Made by a program: the position numbers and the translations under genes. From contig NC_087437.1 of assembly GCF_036321535.1 (NCBI RefSeq), positions 84,446,001 to 84,510,000 of the forward strand: 64,000 nt of DNA. Reading direction: 5' to 3'. This stretch comes from Camelus dromedarius. Taxonomy: Eukaryota. Shown here piece after piece: positions 41,301 to 54,094 of the stretch; positions within the stretch are counted from its first letter, which is position 1, and every line of letters begins with the position of its first letter. The notes under the pieces are model-generated. The model was not told where the DNA came from. It did not search any database and saw nothing but the letters and a program-made list of their open reading frames with translations.

Positions 41301-42649
41301 TTATACATTTTATACACACACACACATTTTGAAATTACCCAACAGTTTCTTCTGTCACTACTTTTGCTGAACATTATTGGTTAGATAATCCAAGAGCTAG
41401 CTATTCCCACATAATTCTCAATGGCTAATCTTTAAATATTAAGGCAAAAATATAAGACTAACTATATTTTCTGCTGAGTTGCACCTAAAGTTGGCCATGG
41501 TTCCAGTTCTGACATATTAGGTGGACCTGTAAAGGAAAGTCAGCTGGAAAATTTTTCTTACTCTCATTGATAAATGAGATAAAAGTCCCATTTGCTTTTG
41601 ACTCCACCCCATTCCTGCTTCTGAGTGTCTTCATCATTCATCATACTAGGATCTGGAGTTAACCTGCAGCCATGGAACAAAAAATACTAGAGACAAAGAC
41701 AGAAAGAAAAATGTAGAGTCTAGATGATGTCTAAAGAGGCTTATTTGAATATTTGGGACAGCCTACCTTCAAATTTCTTTTTTATATGAGGAAAAATTTT
41801 ACCCCTTCAGCCTTATTTAAATCCCTGCTCCTTTTATTCACTTTGCTTACAAGCATTGCTATCTGGTACATTATTCTCAGGAATTATCATAATTGAAACT
41901 AAACTAACTGTGTCTTAAAATTGAAATCATCTCTATAAGCATTTGGCTACTTTGCTGAAACAGAATGCTGATTTCCACCAGTTTCTAAAAAACCATAACC
42001 TAGTTAATTTCCATGAATCTATGTCTCTTCACATATATCACTTCTGTCACAAATTTTCAGATATATATAAAATATAGGTGACAGCAAGTCATTATTATAT
42101 TATATAGATAATAGTAAGTTCATATCAAAGTATTATCAATATAAATTTTATTTATTCAAAATACCGTTTCTTTTTCTTACTAGTTTTATATAAAAAAAGA
42201 GACAGAGATATGCTTTGCTTTAAAAGAAATTGATCAACATGAGTATAAGCATGACTTTTTAGAAGCCCCTGGCATATTTTATAATTGCACTGGTAATAGT
42301 AAAATACTCAAGTCCTTAAGTGCTTGAGTTAGAGCTTATTGAACTAGTGCTTGTTCAACTATCGCTAATGTATTTTCTTTGCCTGTACAAATTGTGTCTT
42401 TTTAAAAAGAATAATTGTTTTTATAGTGCAGAAAAAGGCCTCTTTATTTCTGTCAGTTATCTACTTTAGGTTGTGTTTATACAGTGAAGCAATTCCAGAG
42501 AGTGAATTGGCATAATCTAGATGCTTAGTTAAAAATTCCCACATTTTCACTTAAAATCAAAAGAAAAAAAAAACATTTTATATTTGCTTAGGACATTTAT
42601 TCTTTTCAAAAGTCTTTCAATATATATTTCTGCATTGAGCTTAAGAACA

Positions 42650-42800
42650 ATTTTAAGTTTGTTTAAAATATTAACTCTATTTTGTAAGTGAGGAAATTGG
42701 GACTCAAAGATGCTGAGTAATCACTAAAGCTCATCTTGTTCATAAGTGGCAAATTCAGACATGAATCAAACCTTTTGACTCCAGACACATGATCTTTTGA
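42650..42800 (-). mobile_element. MIR SINE
   Basis: ctattttgtaagtgaggaaattgggactcaaaga...taagtggcaaattcagacatgaatc...tgactccaga. Confidence 0.75.
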
Positions 42801-43295
42801 AGGCAAAGAGTTTTGTGAAGAAATTATAAAGATTTTAAAGATTTCTTCTTGTTTTTGACTTTCAGCATTTTTCCTGTGTCATAACCCTTTGTAGGTTTCT
42901 TTGTGCTTACCTTATTTGGAGTTGATTGAGCTTCCTAGGTATGTGGGTTATCATTTTCCACTAAATTTGGGGATTTTTCAGCTATTATTTCTTCAGGGTT
43001 CCAACCCCTCCCCCACCTCTCTTCTTTCTGATGGTCCTGTTATGAGCATGTTGGTATTCATTGGTGTCCAGCATTTCTGAGACTCCTCTTTTCCTCAGCT
43101 TGCCTAATTTCTATTAATCTCAAAGTATAGTTGCTCTTTCTTAGTTCAAATATACTCTTTTGCCTCTCTAGTGAATTTTTAAAATTTCTGTTACGGTAAC
43201 TTTTCAACAAGATAATTTGTATGTGGTTTCTTTTTATCATTCTTATCGCTTTATTGGTATTCTCTATTTGATGCAACATTGTCGGCATGCCTTCC

Positions 43296-43708
43296 TGTTA
43301 AGGAAACGACAGGCCAGTCAAGAAACAAGCACCACTCGGAGGGTTGGAGTACTCAGATGTATTACGCAGGCGGGCTCAGAGGGGCTTCTGCTCTGAAGCT
43401 CTGAGCACCTCCAAGACGTGCGCATGAGGTTTTATAGGGTAAAGTACAAGCTTGGGGTATTTGGCCAATAGGCATGGAACAGTTTTAGCAGCATTATCAT
43501 CACAAAAGTGGAGGCGGGGAGGCAGCAAACCAACATTCCAAAGCCAGATATGTATCTTTGAAAATCCAGCTGGCTAGCAAAAAACATAAACAGCAAACCA
43601 ACCCGAATTAACTTAGATTTACAAGTTAGTCTAGCAGAACTCAGATCAGTATTCCAATACTTAGATTTGTGAGTTATCTTGTTAGCCCAGCCCAGCTTTT
43701 CCTTCACA
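43296..43708 (-). mobile_element. Young ERV1-type solo LTR (413 bp)
   Basis: tg...ca termini and 4 bp TSD ttcc (43292-43295, 43709-43712). CCAAT and TATA-like ccctataaaa on the - strand. Several CpGs retained. Confidence 0.88.
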
Positions 43709-44472
43709 TTCCTTTATTCCATTAATCATGGCTTCCTTTAGTTCTATAAACATATTTATATTGGTTAGTTTAAAATCTTTTTCTGATCAATATGACATGT
43801 GGTATCTCACAGTTTCTGTTGGCTGCTGTTTTTTCAGTATATTTTGTATGTCATAATTTTTTTGTTGGAAGCTGGACATTTTAGACAATATAGTAAAGCA
43901 ACTCTGGATATTGGTCCCCTTCCCTCTCTGGGGTTATTATTTTTATTTGCTTGTTTATTTGTTTAGTTACTGACTGAATTAATTTAGTGAAATCTATTCC
44001 AGCCCCACTTCCATCACACCCATACCCACACACACTGTTTAGCCTCTGTCATAGTTCCTCAGGGAACGGTGCATTTGGGTTTGCAGGCGACAGTTACCCT
44101 GAGTTGGCTTTGGTAGGACTCTCTTTCTGTTTATCCCTGGTCACACCCAGGGGTTAAACTCCACTAATTGCCAGCTGTTACGGTATTGTTTTCAACAATG
44201 CCCTGGGGCATAAATTGCTCTGTATACCCATTCAGTCAAATTCTGGCTTCTTTTAAGGAATGGTTCTGAGGTCAATGTTTGATTTTTGTTCTGACCCAAG
44301 TAGGGCTCCTCCCATCTGTTTTATTCCATAAAATATATTCTGAAAACTGATTTTCTTTCACCATAACCTCCACTGTTACTGAGTACCTTTAGGCTTGAAC
44401 TTCTTTACACTTTGTTGCAAATGAAGTCAGTTCCTTTGGGAAGAGATTAGGAACTTTTATATTGTAACGTCT

Positions 44473-44983
44473 TGTTGACTGAAATAAACGCACAGCCTAA
44501 AAGTTGAGAGTTATGTTTTATTTGGCGGACATTTCTGAGGACTAGAACCCCTTTGAGCCCGGGATGACAGCCTCTCAGATCGCTCTGAGGGATTGCTCCA
44601 AAGAGGTAGGGGAGGAGCTAGGATATTTAGGAACTTTACAACAAAGACCAGGTAGTTGGAACAATAAAAGATTACTTGTTATCTAAAGAAAACCAGGCAT
44701 CTCAAGTTAAAGATTTAGTGCTTTTCTATGTATGGGAGGGAGCAAATATTTAGGCTCATTGAATTCATTCCTTTGACAAGCATCTAGCTATCTAGGGCCA
44801 TTATTTTGTCCTTTATTATTCTGAGTCCCCTCAGAGAGCACCATTGTGAGTAGCTGCAGGGGCTGGGCTGCAGGCTTGTCTTCATGGGGAGGGGTGGGGG
44901 TGGGGGTGTCGGCAGCCACTGATGACTTGATGGTTTCAGCATTCTTTGTTTACTGATACGGTTTGCAGTATTTTTCATTCACA
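44473..44983 (-). mobile_element. Young ERV1 solo LTR, MER41-like (511 bp)
   Basis: tg...ca termini and 4 bp TSD gtct (44469-44472, 44984-44987). cagcctctcagatcgctctgagggattgctcc resembles artiodactyl MER41-like LTRs. Confidence 0.85.
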
Positions 44984-46152
44984 GTCTGTTTCTCCACATA
45001 GGGAAAATACGTGAGCCAGAGCTCTGTAGTTTGGGATAGGCCCCAGAACTTAGCTTCAGTAACAGAAATGCTGATATCCTGCGCCTCCATGGACAAAAGT
45101 CCATCTGAATTCCAGGGATAGAGTGAGTCCTGTGTTCTCGCCTGCAGCAGTCTGGAGTGGTGTCTTTACCTCGCTCTGTTGGGAGGAGAGTGAGAGGGAG
45201 AGCTCCTGGTTCAAAAACAGTCTTGACTTTCTTAATAAATTTTTGTTGATTTTCTTGAATAGATAGTTCTTCATGTGCTGATCAACCTTAGGACCATTGC
45301 CAAAGACCAAAGTGGTTATATTTTTTAGTTTTTACCGGTTTCACCAAGAAGTGGGTCAACAGCCCTTCCTCATACTGTCCTGCCACAAGTTAATCCTCTC
45401 AACAATAATTTGGTTATTTATTTGCAGATAGGGCTAAAGTGAAATGAGATTTGCTAATTTGATTAGAGGCTTAAAAAAAGCACTGTAATGAGTCAGAGTT
45501 TTGCATATAGTTCTGGTGTGAATGATGTAATTTGTTAACTTATATATACTTCTATGCTTCAGTGCAAAAGAAAATATGTGAAAATGTAAATAAAGTTTGA
45601 ATCTCCGATTATAAATATAAATATGCAAATTTCAAACTATTTGTGGAAATTTAAATACCCTGTAATTTTTTTGACTGAGAATGATGACTCAGGTGGGACA
45701 AACCAGTTTAAATAAATTATCTTAAATGAAAATGTATGTGAAAATCAAGTTTTTTATGTATAAATTTGATATCTTTTTCTTTCTCTAAGCTTCTGCTAAT
45801 TTTTAACCTTTAAGTGTGGTAACTACAGTACTGAAGTATAGTCACCAGAATAAATTATTTGAAGGTCAGGTTAAGGTTTGGGAAAAATATATTTTTGTAT
45901 AGATATTAAGTCTATTCTGATAAATGTCCAAAAGAGGCTTCTCTTTTGAATAAATTAAAGCAACAAAAATTCAGAGAAATGTCTTAAAAACTATTCAAGA
46001 GAACAATAGGATTTGATTTTCTTACAATTTTCTAGCTACAAATTTATTTTTATAAATGTGTTTCAGCTATATTTTAGACTGTAACATAAACGTTCTAAAC
46101 AATTTTGTTATGAGTAAAGTATAAAAATAATTTTTCTGAAAATTAGTTTTTT

Positions 46153-46420
46153 CTGTTAAAAAGCAAAATTCAACTGAGTAGGTTTGAAGGTCTAATTGCT
46201 CTTATTCACATATTCATCAGTCAGGCAGCATCCCATCCAGCAAGTAGAAAGGCGCTTCAAGGAGTCGTAAAAAACGGAAAATTTGTGTAGGCAGAAAAAA
46301 GGTGGAAAAAGGAAGCTAAAAAGTCTATTATTTCAGGCAAGGTTACGGTCCCTTAGGAGAAGGCAGGGGGTCTTAGGCACATTACCCCATTTGTGCTGAC
46401 CAGGATATTCCAGATTGGAA
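46153..46420 (-). mobile_element. ERV1-type LTR fragment
   Basis: Begins tgttaaaaagcaaaattcaactgagtaggtttgaaggtctaattg...ggcagcatcccatccag; family not determined. Confidence 0.55.
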
Positions 46421-46444
46421 TACCTCAGATCATGTAGTACTGTA

Positions 46445-46520
46445 GTATGTATGTACTGAAAAAAATCCACAAATAACTGGACCTGCACAGTTCAAACCCA
46501 TGTTGTTCAGGATTCAACTG
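46445..46520 (+). mobile_element. Tigger1 terminal fragment (TcMar-Tigger)
   Basis: aaaatccacaaataactggacctgcacagttcaaacccatgttgttcaggattcaactg followed by TA. Confidence 0.85.
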
Positions 46521-48329
46521 TATATGAAATTTGATTAGAGGCTAAAAAAAAAACTACTGTAATGCTTCAGACTTTTGCATATAATTCTGGTGTGAATGAT
46601 GTAATTTTGTTAACTTGGATATGTTGCTGTGCTTTCAGTGCAAAAGAAAATATGTGAAGGTATAAAGTTTGAATCTCTGATTATAAATATAAATATGCAA
46701 ATTTCAAACTATTTGTGGAAATTTAAATATCCTGTAATTTGTTTTTGACAAAAATGATGATTAAAATAGGACAAATCAATTTAAATGAAAAAATTCTAAA
46801 TGACAATAGATGTAAAAATCTATTGTCTTGTGTGCATATATATACATATGTATATATATCTGTATATATATAAAATAATGTTTTAACTACCTAACATTCT
46901 AACTGTCTTCTGAAAGATAATACAACATGTTGCTTTACCACGCAGGGAATGGGAAAGAAAAATAACAGTTTAGATAAAAATACAAATATTCTGTTTGTTG
47001 GAATGCTTTGAAACAATGATATGTAAAATTTAAACAAATGCTTTCTACTTCAGTTCCAAACTTGTTTTCATTATAGAGCTATAGATAGATTGGCATGAAT
47101 GCGTGGTTCCTAATAAAGATTTTGTTTCCAACTTCTCTAATATTAAAGTTCCAGTTTTCTGTCAGAATCAAACACATTTAAAAAATTACTTCATTTTAAA
47201 ACCAGTATAAGATCTACTTTTGTCACATTTTTTGAAAATGTATCAAATTAGTAGTTTTGTTTATTTGATAAAATCACCTCCCATTCTATAAATTTTAAGG
47301 AAAAAAAAAACTATAGTAGATTTTTTTTTAGTGTTTAAAAGAGACTAGAATGAGTTTTTGTATGAAATCAATGTCTAAAGGAGACATATGTAAAATAAAA
47401 TACATAAATTGAAAAATATAATTTATTAAACAAGCAGTTATAGAGTGTTAACTATGTGTAAAGTACTGGTCTAAAACACTTTCCTTTAATGATAATCTCA
47501 GTTCTGTGTATTTTGGAAATTTTTATGCAACTCTGTGCTGTAGTTTGTTCCAGTGAGATCTCTAACTTCAAGGAATATTTGACCTCTAATGCTAAATTCC
47601 TCTTTTGCTCCCTCAGCCTGTGCTTCAGGGATAGTATTCTTCTGGGGTCTAAAGTAGGCTGAATTCTGGAAGAAATAATGAATTAAACAATGAAGCTTTT
47701 CTCTTTAGCCTCAGGAAAGATAAAATTTTGACTAATGTTTAAATGGCTGTTTCCATGTTGCAGGACTTGCTCTAATAGCTTCCCATATTAACTTGTTTAA
47801 TAAGCACAACCAGCCCTGTGCAGTGGGTTATGATTTAAAAGGAAATGTTATATGACTTTCTCAAGTCACACAGCTAGTGGGGTCATGCAGCCCAGTTGGT
47901 CTGGCTTCAGAGTCCCTGTTTTATTCCTTCTTCACTTCACATCCTGTGAACCTGTGGAGGGAAAATATTTCTATGATTCTGGATGCCTTCATTACCTATC
48001 AGTTTGGAAGACAGGCTGATCTTTCCATGACTCCATGTCCCATTTTTGTATTTGACGGTTATTTAAACAAGGAGAGGAGAAGAGCTTCTGTCATTTTACC
48101 AACTGCATTTTAACGCTTGCAGCCTAACTCCTTCTAAATAACTTCTAAATAAGGGAGTAGAGTACATATTTTTAGATTCTTGTCATGGAAGGGACTCATG
48201 ATAATTTTTCTGAACTTTATCAGGGTAGTAACTTAATTGGACTTTTGAACTTCCTTTATTCTTCAAGTTGACTACCTATAATAATGTAAATAGCCCTTTC
48301 TGAACCCTTGCATTTCTTTAACCTTAGTT

Positions 48330-48747
48330 GAAGTCTCTAAGCCATTGTCATCTTTGGCCTTTATTATCATCTAATAGCCTCCTACTTTTCCCTCCTTTTC
48401 GCCCTAGTTCCCTTTTAAGGCTATGTGCAACACCCTTGCCAAAGCTGTCCTAGCAAGGCAAGGTGATGACATTCCTGCTCAAAACTCCACAGAGAGTTTG
48501 AATATCACTTAGGGTAAAATTTTACCTTCTTTTCTCCACTGTATTCCTCTCTGCTATCCTCCTCCTCATCCTGATTGGCCTTATTACTGTTCCCTTGTAC
48601 TTGCCAGGCCCATTCATGATTCAGGGCATTGCTCCTGGCTCTTGCATCTCCTGGAATGCACTTCTCCCCAGTATCCACACATTTCACTCCCTCTTTTCCT
48701 TCAAGTTTTAAAGTAACTCCTTAGTAATGCCTTCCCTCTCCATCTCT

Positions 48748-48782
<35 letters not shown>

Positions 48783-48925
48783 TTTATTTATTTTGTTTAT
48801 TTACTTTGCTTCCTTGTAAATTATTCTTGTTTTATCCCTAACTGGAGCCTCTGCATTGAAAACAAAGACTATCATATAGTAAGAGCTTAAAAAATTATTT
48901 ACTGGGTGAATAAAGAATGAGCTGT
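48330..48925 (+). mobile_element. L2 fragment containing a ~30 nt poly(A) run at 48750-48779
   Basis: gacattcctgctcaaaactcc, ttcagggcattgctcctggctcttgcatctcctggaatgcacttc, terminal tgaataaagaatga. Confidence 0.75.
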
Positions 48926-51529
48926 CAGATAAGCACAATATAGAATTGAGCTGACCTACTCTAAGGCAATATATTTCAAATCAATTTGAAAAAAAATTAG
49001 TTTTACCCATTCAGGCAAAAAAAGTCAGACTAATTGTTTAATTCTTATTTGACTGTTAGGCTGTTACACTGCTGCTGGGGTTGGTTGTCCAGGGGAGTAC
49101 ACAGGGGCTGTGAGATGTGCTCTTACAACAAATATCCCATCTTGGCCTGGGATCACTTCTCTCTTTAACTCTGACCATCGAGTTTGCACAAGCAGTCCAG
49201 ATCACAGACTGCTGGTAAGAAAAACATTTTTATTCCCTTCACCCTATAGAAACCCCTTTGAGAAGAGTCTGCTGAATGATTCTCTAATTTGCTTTTCAGT
49301 CTTGCATTTAGTGTTCCTGTCATACATACCAAGGGCCTCACAACCCCAAAAGAAACAGAGACAAAAGAGCCTGAAAAAAAAACAGACCTTTCTGTTTCCG
49401 TAAATACCATACTTTCTCATGGCTTGCCAACCTGAACATGTCTTTCCCTTTCTTGATATCCTTCTTCTCTTATCTCCAATCTCTTCTGCTAAATCTTTAC
49501 TCTCAAGCTGTTAAGATAATGTTTGTTTTGTTTACCACTGGATGTCACCTAGTCTGGGGTCTGATTGTGGTGAGTGACTAAGCTTCAAGGTATCCCTCAG
49601 GCCTCAGGAGAACTCTGGTGCTGAGGTCCTTTGTTTTAGGTTGTGCTTATCATGGTTATAGAAAAAACTTGCAGACATGGAGTTTTAACTTCCTAAACTT
49701 GAAACTTTGAGAACAGGGTTTTTTTTTTTTTTTTTTTGAACACTCCTGTTTTTACACTTTGTGATCAGTAAATATTACCTAAGTGACAGAACAAATGTTA
49801 GAATCACATGCAAAAACCAGAAATGGCAAATGTGAGAGAGAATGTATTTTCCCATATGATTGAGCTTTAAAACTATTTTAGATTGTAACAGAAAATTTAT
49901 TATCAGACTGCCTAAAAAAAAAAAACATTCTAAAACATAAGCATTTTTACACAAAAATATCATCTTATATGAGCATGTGTGATTTTCCAAAAAGTGACTG
50001 ATTATCTTGATATTGAACACAACAGTGGAGAGAAAAAGTGGAATAAGTAGAGCAAAATACAGAGAATGAGGAGAGAAAAAAATTAAAATAAATTAGAATA
50101 TATGAAAATCTTAAAATGAAAAAAAAAAAGTATGGGGTTTGAGACCAAGAACCAAGTGGATAGGATTTGACATCAGGAAAGAGTAACAGAGGTTCATCTG
50201 AGGAGGAATTTAAAAATAAAGTTCATGTTTATAGTTTTAATTTAAAAACAAAATATAAAATAGAGTTGATTACATTTTCTTTTAATATAATTCTAGGCTT
50301 TGCATAAAATCAAAAGTTTGTCAAAATTATTTTTTATTTTTGAGAATAAAAGTTATAATTTTAATGATTTTACCAACAAAATAAGAAAAGCACCATACTT
50401 TTAGACTACGACTAAGCTATATGAATACCATGCTTTATTTCAACAATATTCATAAAATTAATGTATAAAACTCAAAACTCACTCACATGCATTATAGAAA
50501 TTCTTTAAAGTATAGAGGAAGGGTTTTTCATTATGTAGCTTTTCAATTACATCAATTCATAGGAATGTTACAACTATAATTTTATATAACAATCTTTGAG
50601 AAAAATAAATTCAGGTTCAGCTGTGCTTCACACAAATGTTTTAAGCAATCAAGATCAAGTATTCCTCCCTATTCCTATCATCTGTCTTTTCAACACATTA
50701 CCAAACACAACATTTAATTCACTGTTATGATGAAATCTAAAAATATTCTTTAGGAATCTAGAGTTTTTTGTTTTTTTTTTTAAGTGCCTTATTTTGTGCT
50801 AAGCCCTGAGTTAGGAACTAGGGATGTAGACAAAAATGTGATTCAGCCCTTGGCTTACAAGAGCTCAATCATTGTTAAAAGAAGAAATACATAGACATAT
50901 AAATTGCAGTGTAACCTAATATTTTACACGAAACTGTGTTAAAGCTCTTACAAGGTGGGGCAGCATAAAGGTAAATATAACTGAGATGGGAAGATTTGTA
51001 CTTTGTTCTTTAGCAATATCAGTTATTTTTCTGTTACACAGTGGCATAACAGAGCAAGGAATAAGAAAGAATAAATGTGAAGACTAGTGCAAGTATAGTG
51101 TGGCTGAATCTGAGATATGGGGGAAGTTGCTGAGGGAGAAGATGCCCTGAAGATACACTGGAGCAAACTTTGACAGGGTGTGAATGCCGTGTGTCTGGAG
51201 CTCAGCTGAGGGTGGGAGTCAGGTGTCTGAGAAGCTGGGAAAAGAATGAAAGAGTTAAGCCCTTCATCACTTACCACAGTGATATAAACAAGAAGCTAAA
51301 ACAGGGGAAAACATGGACTCTCTCTGTTCCACTTTCCCCTGTGGTATGGTACACAAATCAAAGGTCAGGTGGATCAGGGTAGACATGAGGGGTGAGTCAT
51401 CTCACTGTTGAGGAAGCCACAACAAAGGCTCTGGTAGTTTTATGGACCCCAAGGTAGGGGAAGAGTATGAGGGATGTGAGGGGCAAAGGATTGAAGTGGA
51501 AAAGTACTAGATATTGAGTCAAAGTAGGG

Positions 51530-52005
51530 AAAAGTATGGGTTTGTTTCCAGACCATCACAGTAAATGAATAATGCAATAAGGTGGGTCACATGATTTTTT
51601 GGTTTCCCAGTGCATGTAAAAGTTATGTTTACAATAAACTATAGTCTATTAAGTGTGCAATAGCATTATGTCTTAAAAAAACAATGCACATACCTTAATT
51701 AAAAAAAAAACTTTATTGTTAAAAAATGCTAATCATCACCTGTGCTTTTTGTAAAACAAAATCTTTTTTGCAGTAGTAACATCAAAAATCACTGATCAGA
51801 GATCACCAAAAAAAAAAAAATGAAATATTTGAAATATTGAGAGATTTACCATAAAGTGACACAGAGACACAAAGTGAACAAATGTTGTTGGAAAAATGGC
51901 ACTGTTAGACTTACTTGATACAGGGTTGCCACAAACCTTCAATTTATAAAATATGAAATAAGTGCAAAAATCATAGTAAAGTGAAGTGCAGTAAAACAAG
52001 GTAAG
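51530..52005. mobile_element. Tigger2/MER28-like DNA transposon
   Basis: ttttggtttcccagtgcatgtaaaagttatgtttac...agtctattaagtgtgcaatagcattatgtc...cagggttgccacaaaccttcaattt. Confidence 0.88.
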
Positions 52006-52461
52006 ACTAAAGTACTGGTTTGCTTTTCCCCCCACATTTATACCTGTTCTTGCCTCTTCTTTTCCATTAACTAATGGCTGTTAAGTAGGAATTCGTGTCC
52101 GGAGTTTTCATGTATTTATTAGGGATTTCTATTTGCTGTTCTTTCCTGGTCCTCCCAGAGCTGCTTTCAGTCTCTGACATGGAGATAGCAGGATCAGTAG
52201 AGTTTTTGTATAATATTAGGTCTCTGAGATCCATTACAAAGCTGGCTTTCTAGATACTTACTTCTACAGGTGAAATGATTGAAAGTGTTTGGATCAGGAT
52301 ATTGTTTTTATTTTAAAAAGCAGCAGTGTTATAAACGTTATACCCTAATTTATCATGAATCAATGTGTTTAATCATGCATTGGTATATGTATACATGTAT
52401 TCGTATTTAAATAAACATTAGTGACTAGCAATAGTCTAAAAGTATATCATATGATTTTGGA

Positions 52462-52534
52462 GTTGCTATGGTAACTCATTTTCTTGGAAAATCCAGTAGA
52501 TGTGTGGAAACCTGCCGTGGTTGCTTATCAGCTG
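52462..52534. promoter_or_regulatory. Candidate enhancer motif cluster (RFX X-box, STAT GAS, GATA, E-box)
   Basis: GTTGCTATGGTAAC 52462-52475, TTCTTGGAA 52481-52489, TTATCA 52525-52530, CAGCTG 52529-52534, in apparently unique sequence. Motif matches only. Confidence 0.35.
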
Positions 52535-52869
52535 TTGGAGAAATAGCACTGCATCCTGTTTTTTTAAAGGTCTGTTTATTCATTGTAAATTGTGATACAT
52601 TTTCTGAATGAAATATTTTCAATTAACGTCATTTGAAAAGAAAATGCAAAGCATTAATAATTAATGTCAGTAAAAAAGAATATTAGAAAATTACATTTCC
52701 CCAGTTATCTGTAAAATATTCCTTGTTAAAATATTTTATATGAATAAGTCTGAAAAATAGAAACTATGCTATCTATAATTTTTCCCTCAGAAAGACAGAA
52801 GGCTATTTTCTGATTGCAGTTTTTATCATGGTTATATGATGGGCTAGCCAAGATGAGGTATAGGGTTGG

Positions 52870-53660
52870 GGTTACATCAGTTAGCTATTGCCAGATAACA
52901 AAGTATCCCAAAATTCAGTGGCTTCAAACAATTGTTTAACAGCTCATGATTCTTTGCTTTGGGAATCTTGTCTGAGCTTAGCTTGGTCATTCTTCAGCTG
53001 GACTTGCCTAGCTCATTCACATAGCTGTACTTAGCTGCTAGGTTAACTGGATAACTTCACTTATGTGTCATGATTGCCTTGAGCTACTTCACATGGTAAT
53101 TGCATTTCAAAAGCACAAGAGAGGACAAGCCCTGTGAGCAAACACTTGTCGAATTTCTCCCTGTATCACACTTGATATGGTCCCATATGCCAAAGCAAGT
53201 TACATGGCCAGTCTCAGAATCTGTGGGAAGAAAGGCCCAAGGGCATTAGATGCAGAAAGGGTGAATATGATGACAATCTGCAGTTGGTTGCATTTTATTC
53301 TCTCGTTGTACTAATTTAAATCTCTTTTATGGGAAAATGTACTCAACCTCCTCCAAAAGTTGAATCTCTTAATTTCATCCATCTAAATCAAGTCCAGGTG
53401 CAGATGAGATTTCTTGAATGAGGCTTCTCAGTGAGGTTTTCTGATATGGTTGCACTTCACATGGTGGCTAGTTTCAAACAAATTTAAGACAGGGCAAGCC
53501 CAATGTATAAGAACTTTAAAATTTCTAGTTATGTTATATTTGCTAAAGTCCAGTTGCCCAAAGCAATCACATGGCAAAACCCAGAAACAGTGTTAAGAGT
53601 TGAGTGTCCAAAAATGAGGATAAAAGGGTAAATTATGAGACAATTTTACAATTTGCCATG
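52870..53660. mobile_element. Two adjacent MLT1-type MaLR LTR fragments
   Basis: caaaattcagtggcttcaaacaa; gccaaagcaagttacatggcca (~53190) and cccaaagcaatcacatggcaa (~53558). Confidence 0.7.
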
Positions 53661-54094
53661 GTGGAGGAGGAGGAAGTACAGGAATTCAGCTGTGTAAACC
53701 ATGATCTTAGGAGACTCTGTTGTGCGGATCTTACACATATCATTTTAATGCATTTAAGATATTTTTGTACACTTTATATTTCTATAAGTCTCCTTCAAAA
53801 ATAAAGTAGTAAAATTTATGTTTTCTGAGAGGAATTTGTAGATGTGAAAGAACATCTCCTTTTTTGGTATTACGTCATGAGAGGTTTACCTTCTTTGGAT
53901 ATTCTTTCTTCTCTTGCTTGCTGACTCCTTGTGCCATTACATAGCATCTGTGATACCATGTGATCCACATTCCAGGACCCCTGAAAATTCCCCCAAGTAG
54001 TTTTATCTGGAGTGTTATAGTCCCAGCCCAGACCTTGAGTTTCCTTGTTAATATTCCAGCAGAGGCAGCAGAATCAGTGTAGCATTTGCCCAAG

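Larger units (their letters stand above)
42840..45400 (-). mobile_element. Old L1M ORF1/5' region, interrupted by two young solo LTRs
   Basis: aaatttggggatttttcagctattatttcttca and gttggaagctggacattttagacaata are antisense L1 ORF1/5' UTR-like. Confidence 0.7.
45456..46820 (+). repeat. Diverged direct repeat, ~290 bp units at 45456-45747 and 46527-46820
   Basis: Both units run aatttgattagaggct...ttttgcatata.ttctggtgtgaatgatgtaattt...tcagtgcaaaagaaaatatgtgaa. A 51 bp block is identical at 45607-45657 and 46679-46729. Confidence 0.93.
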
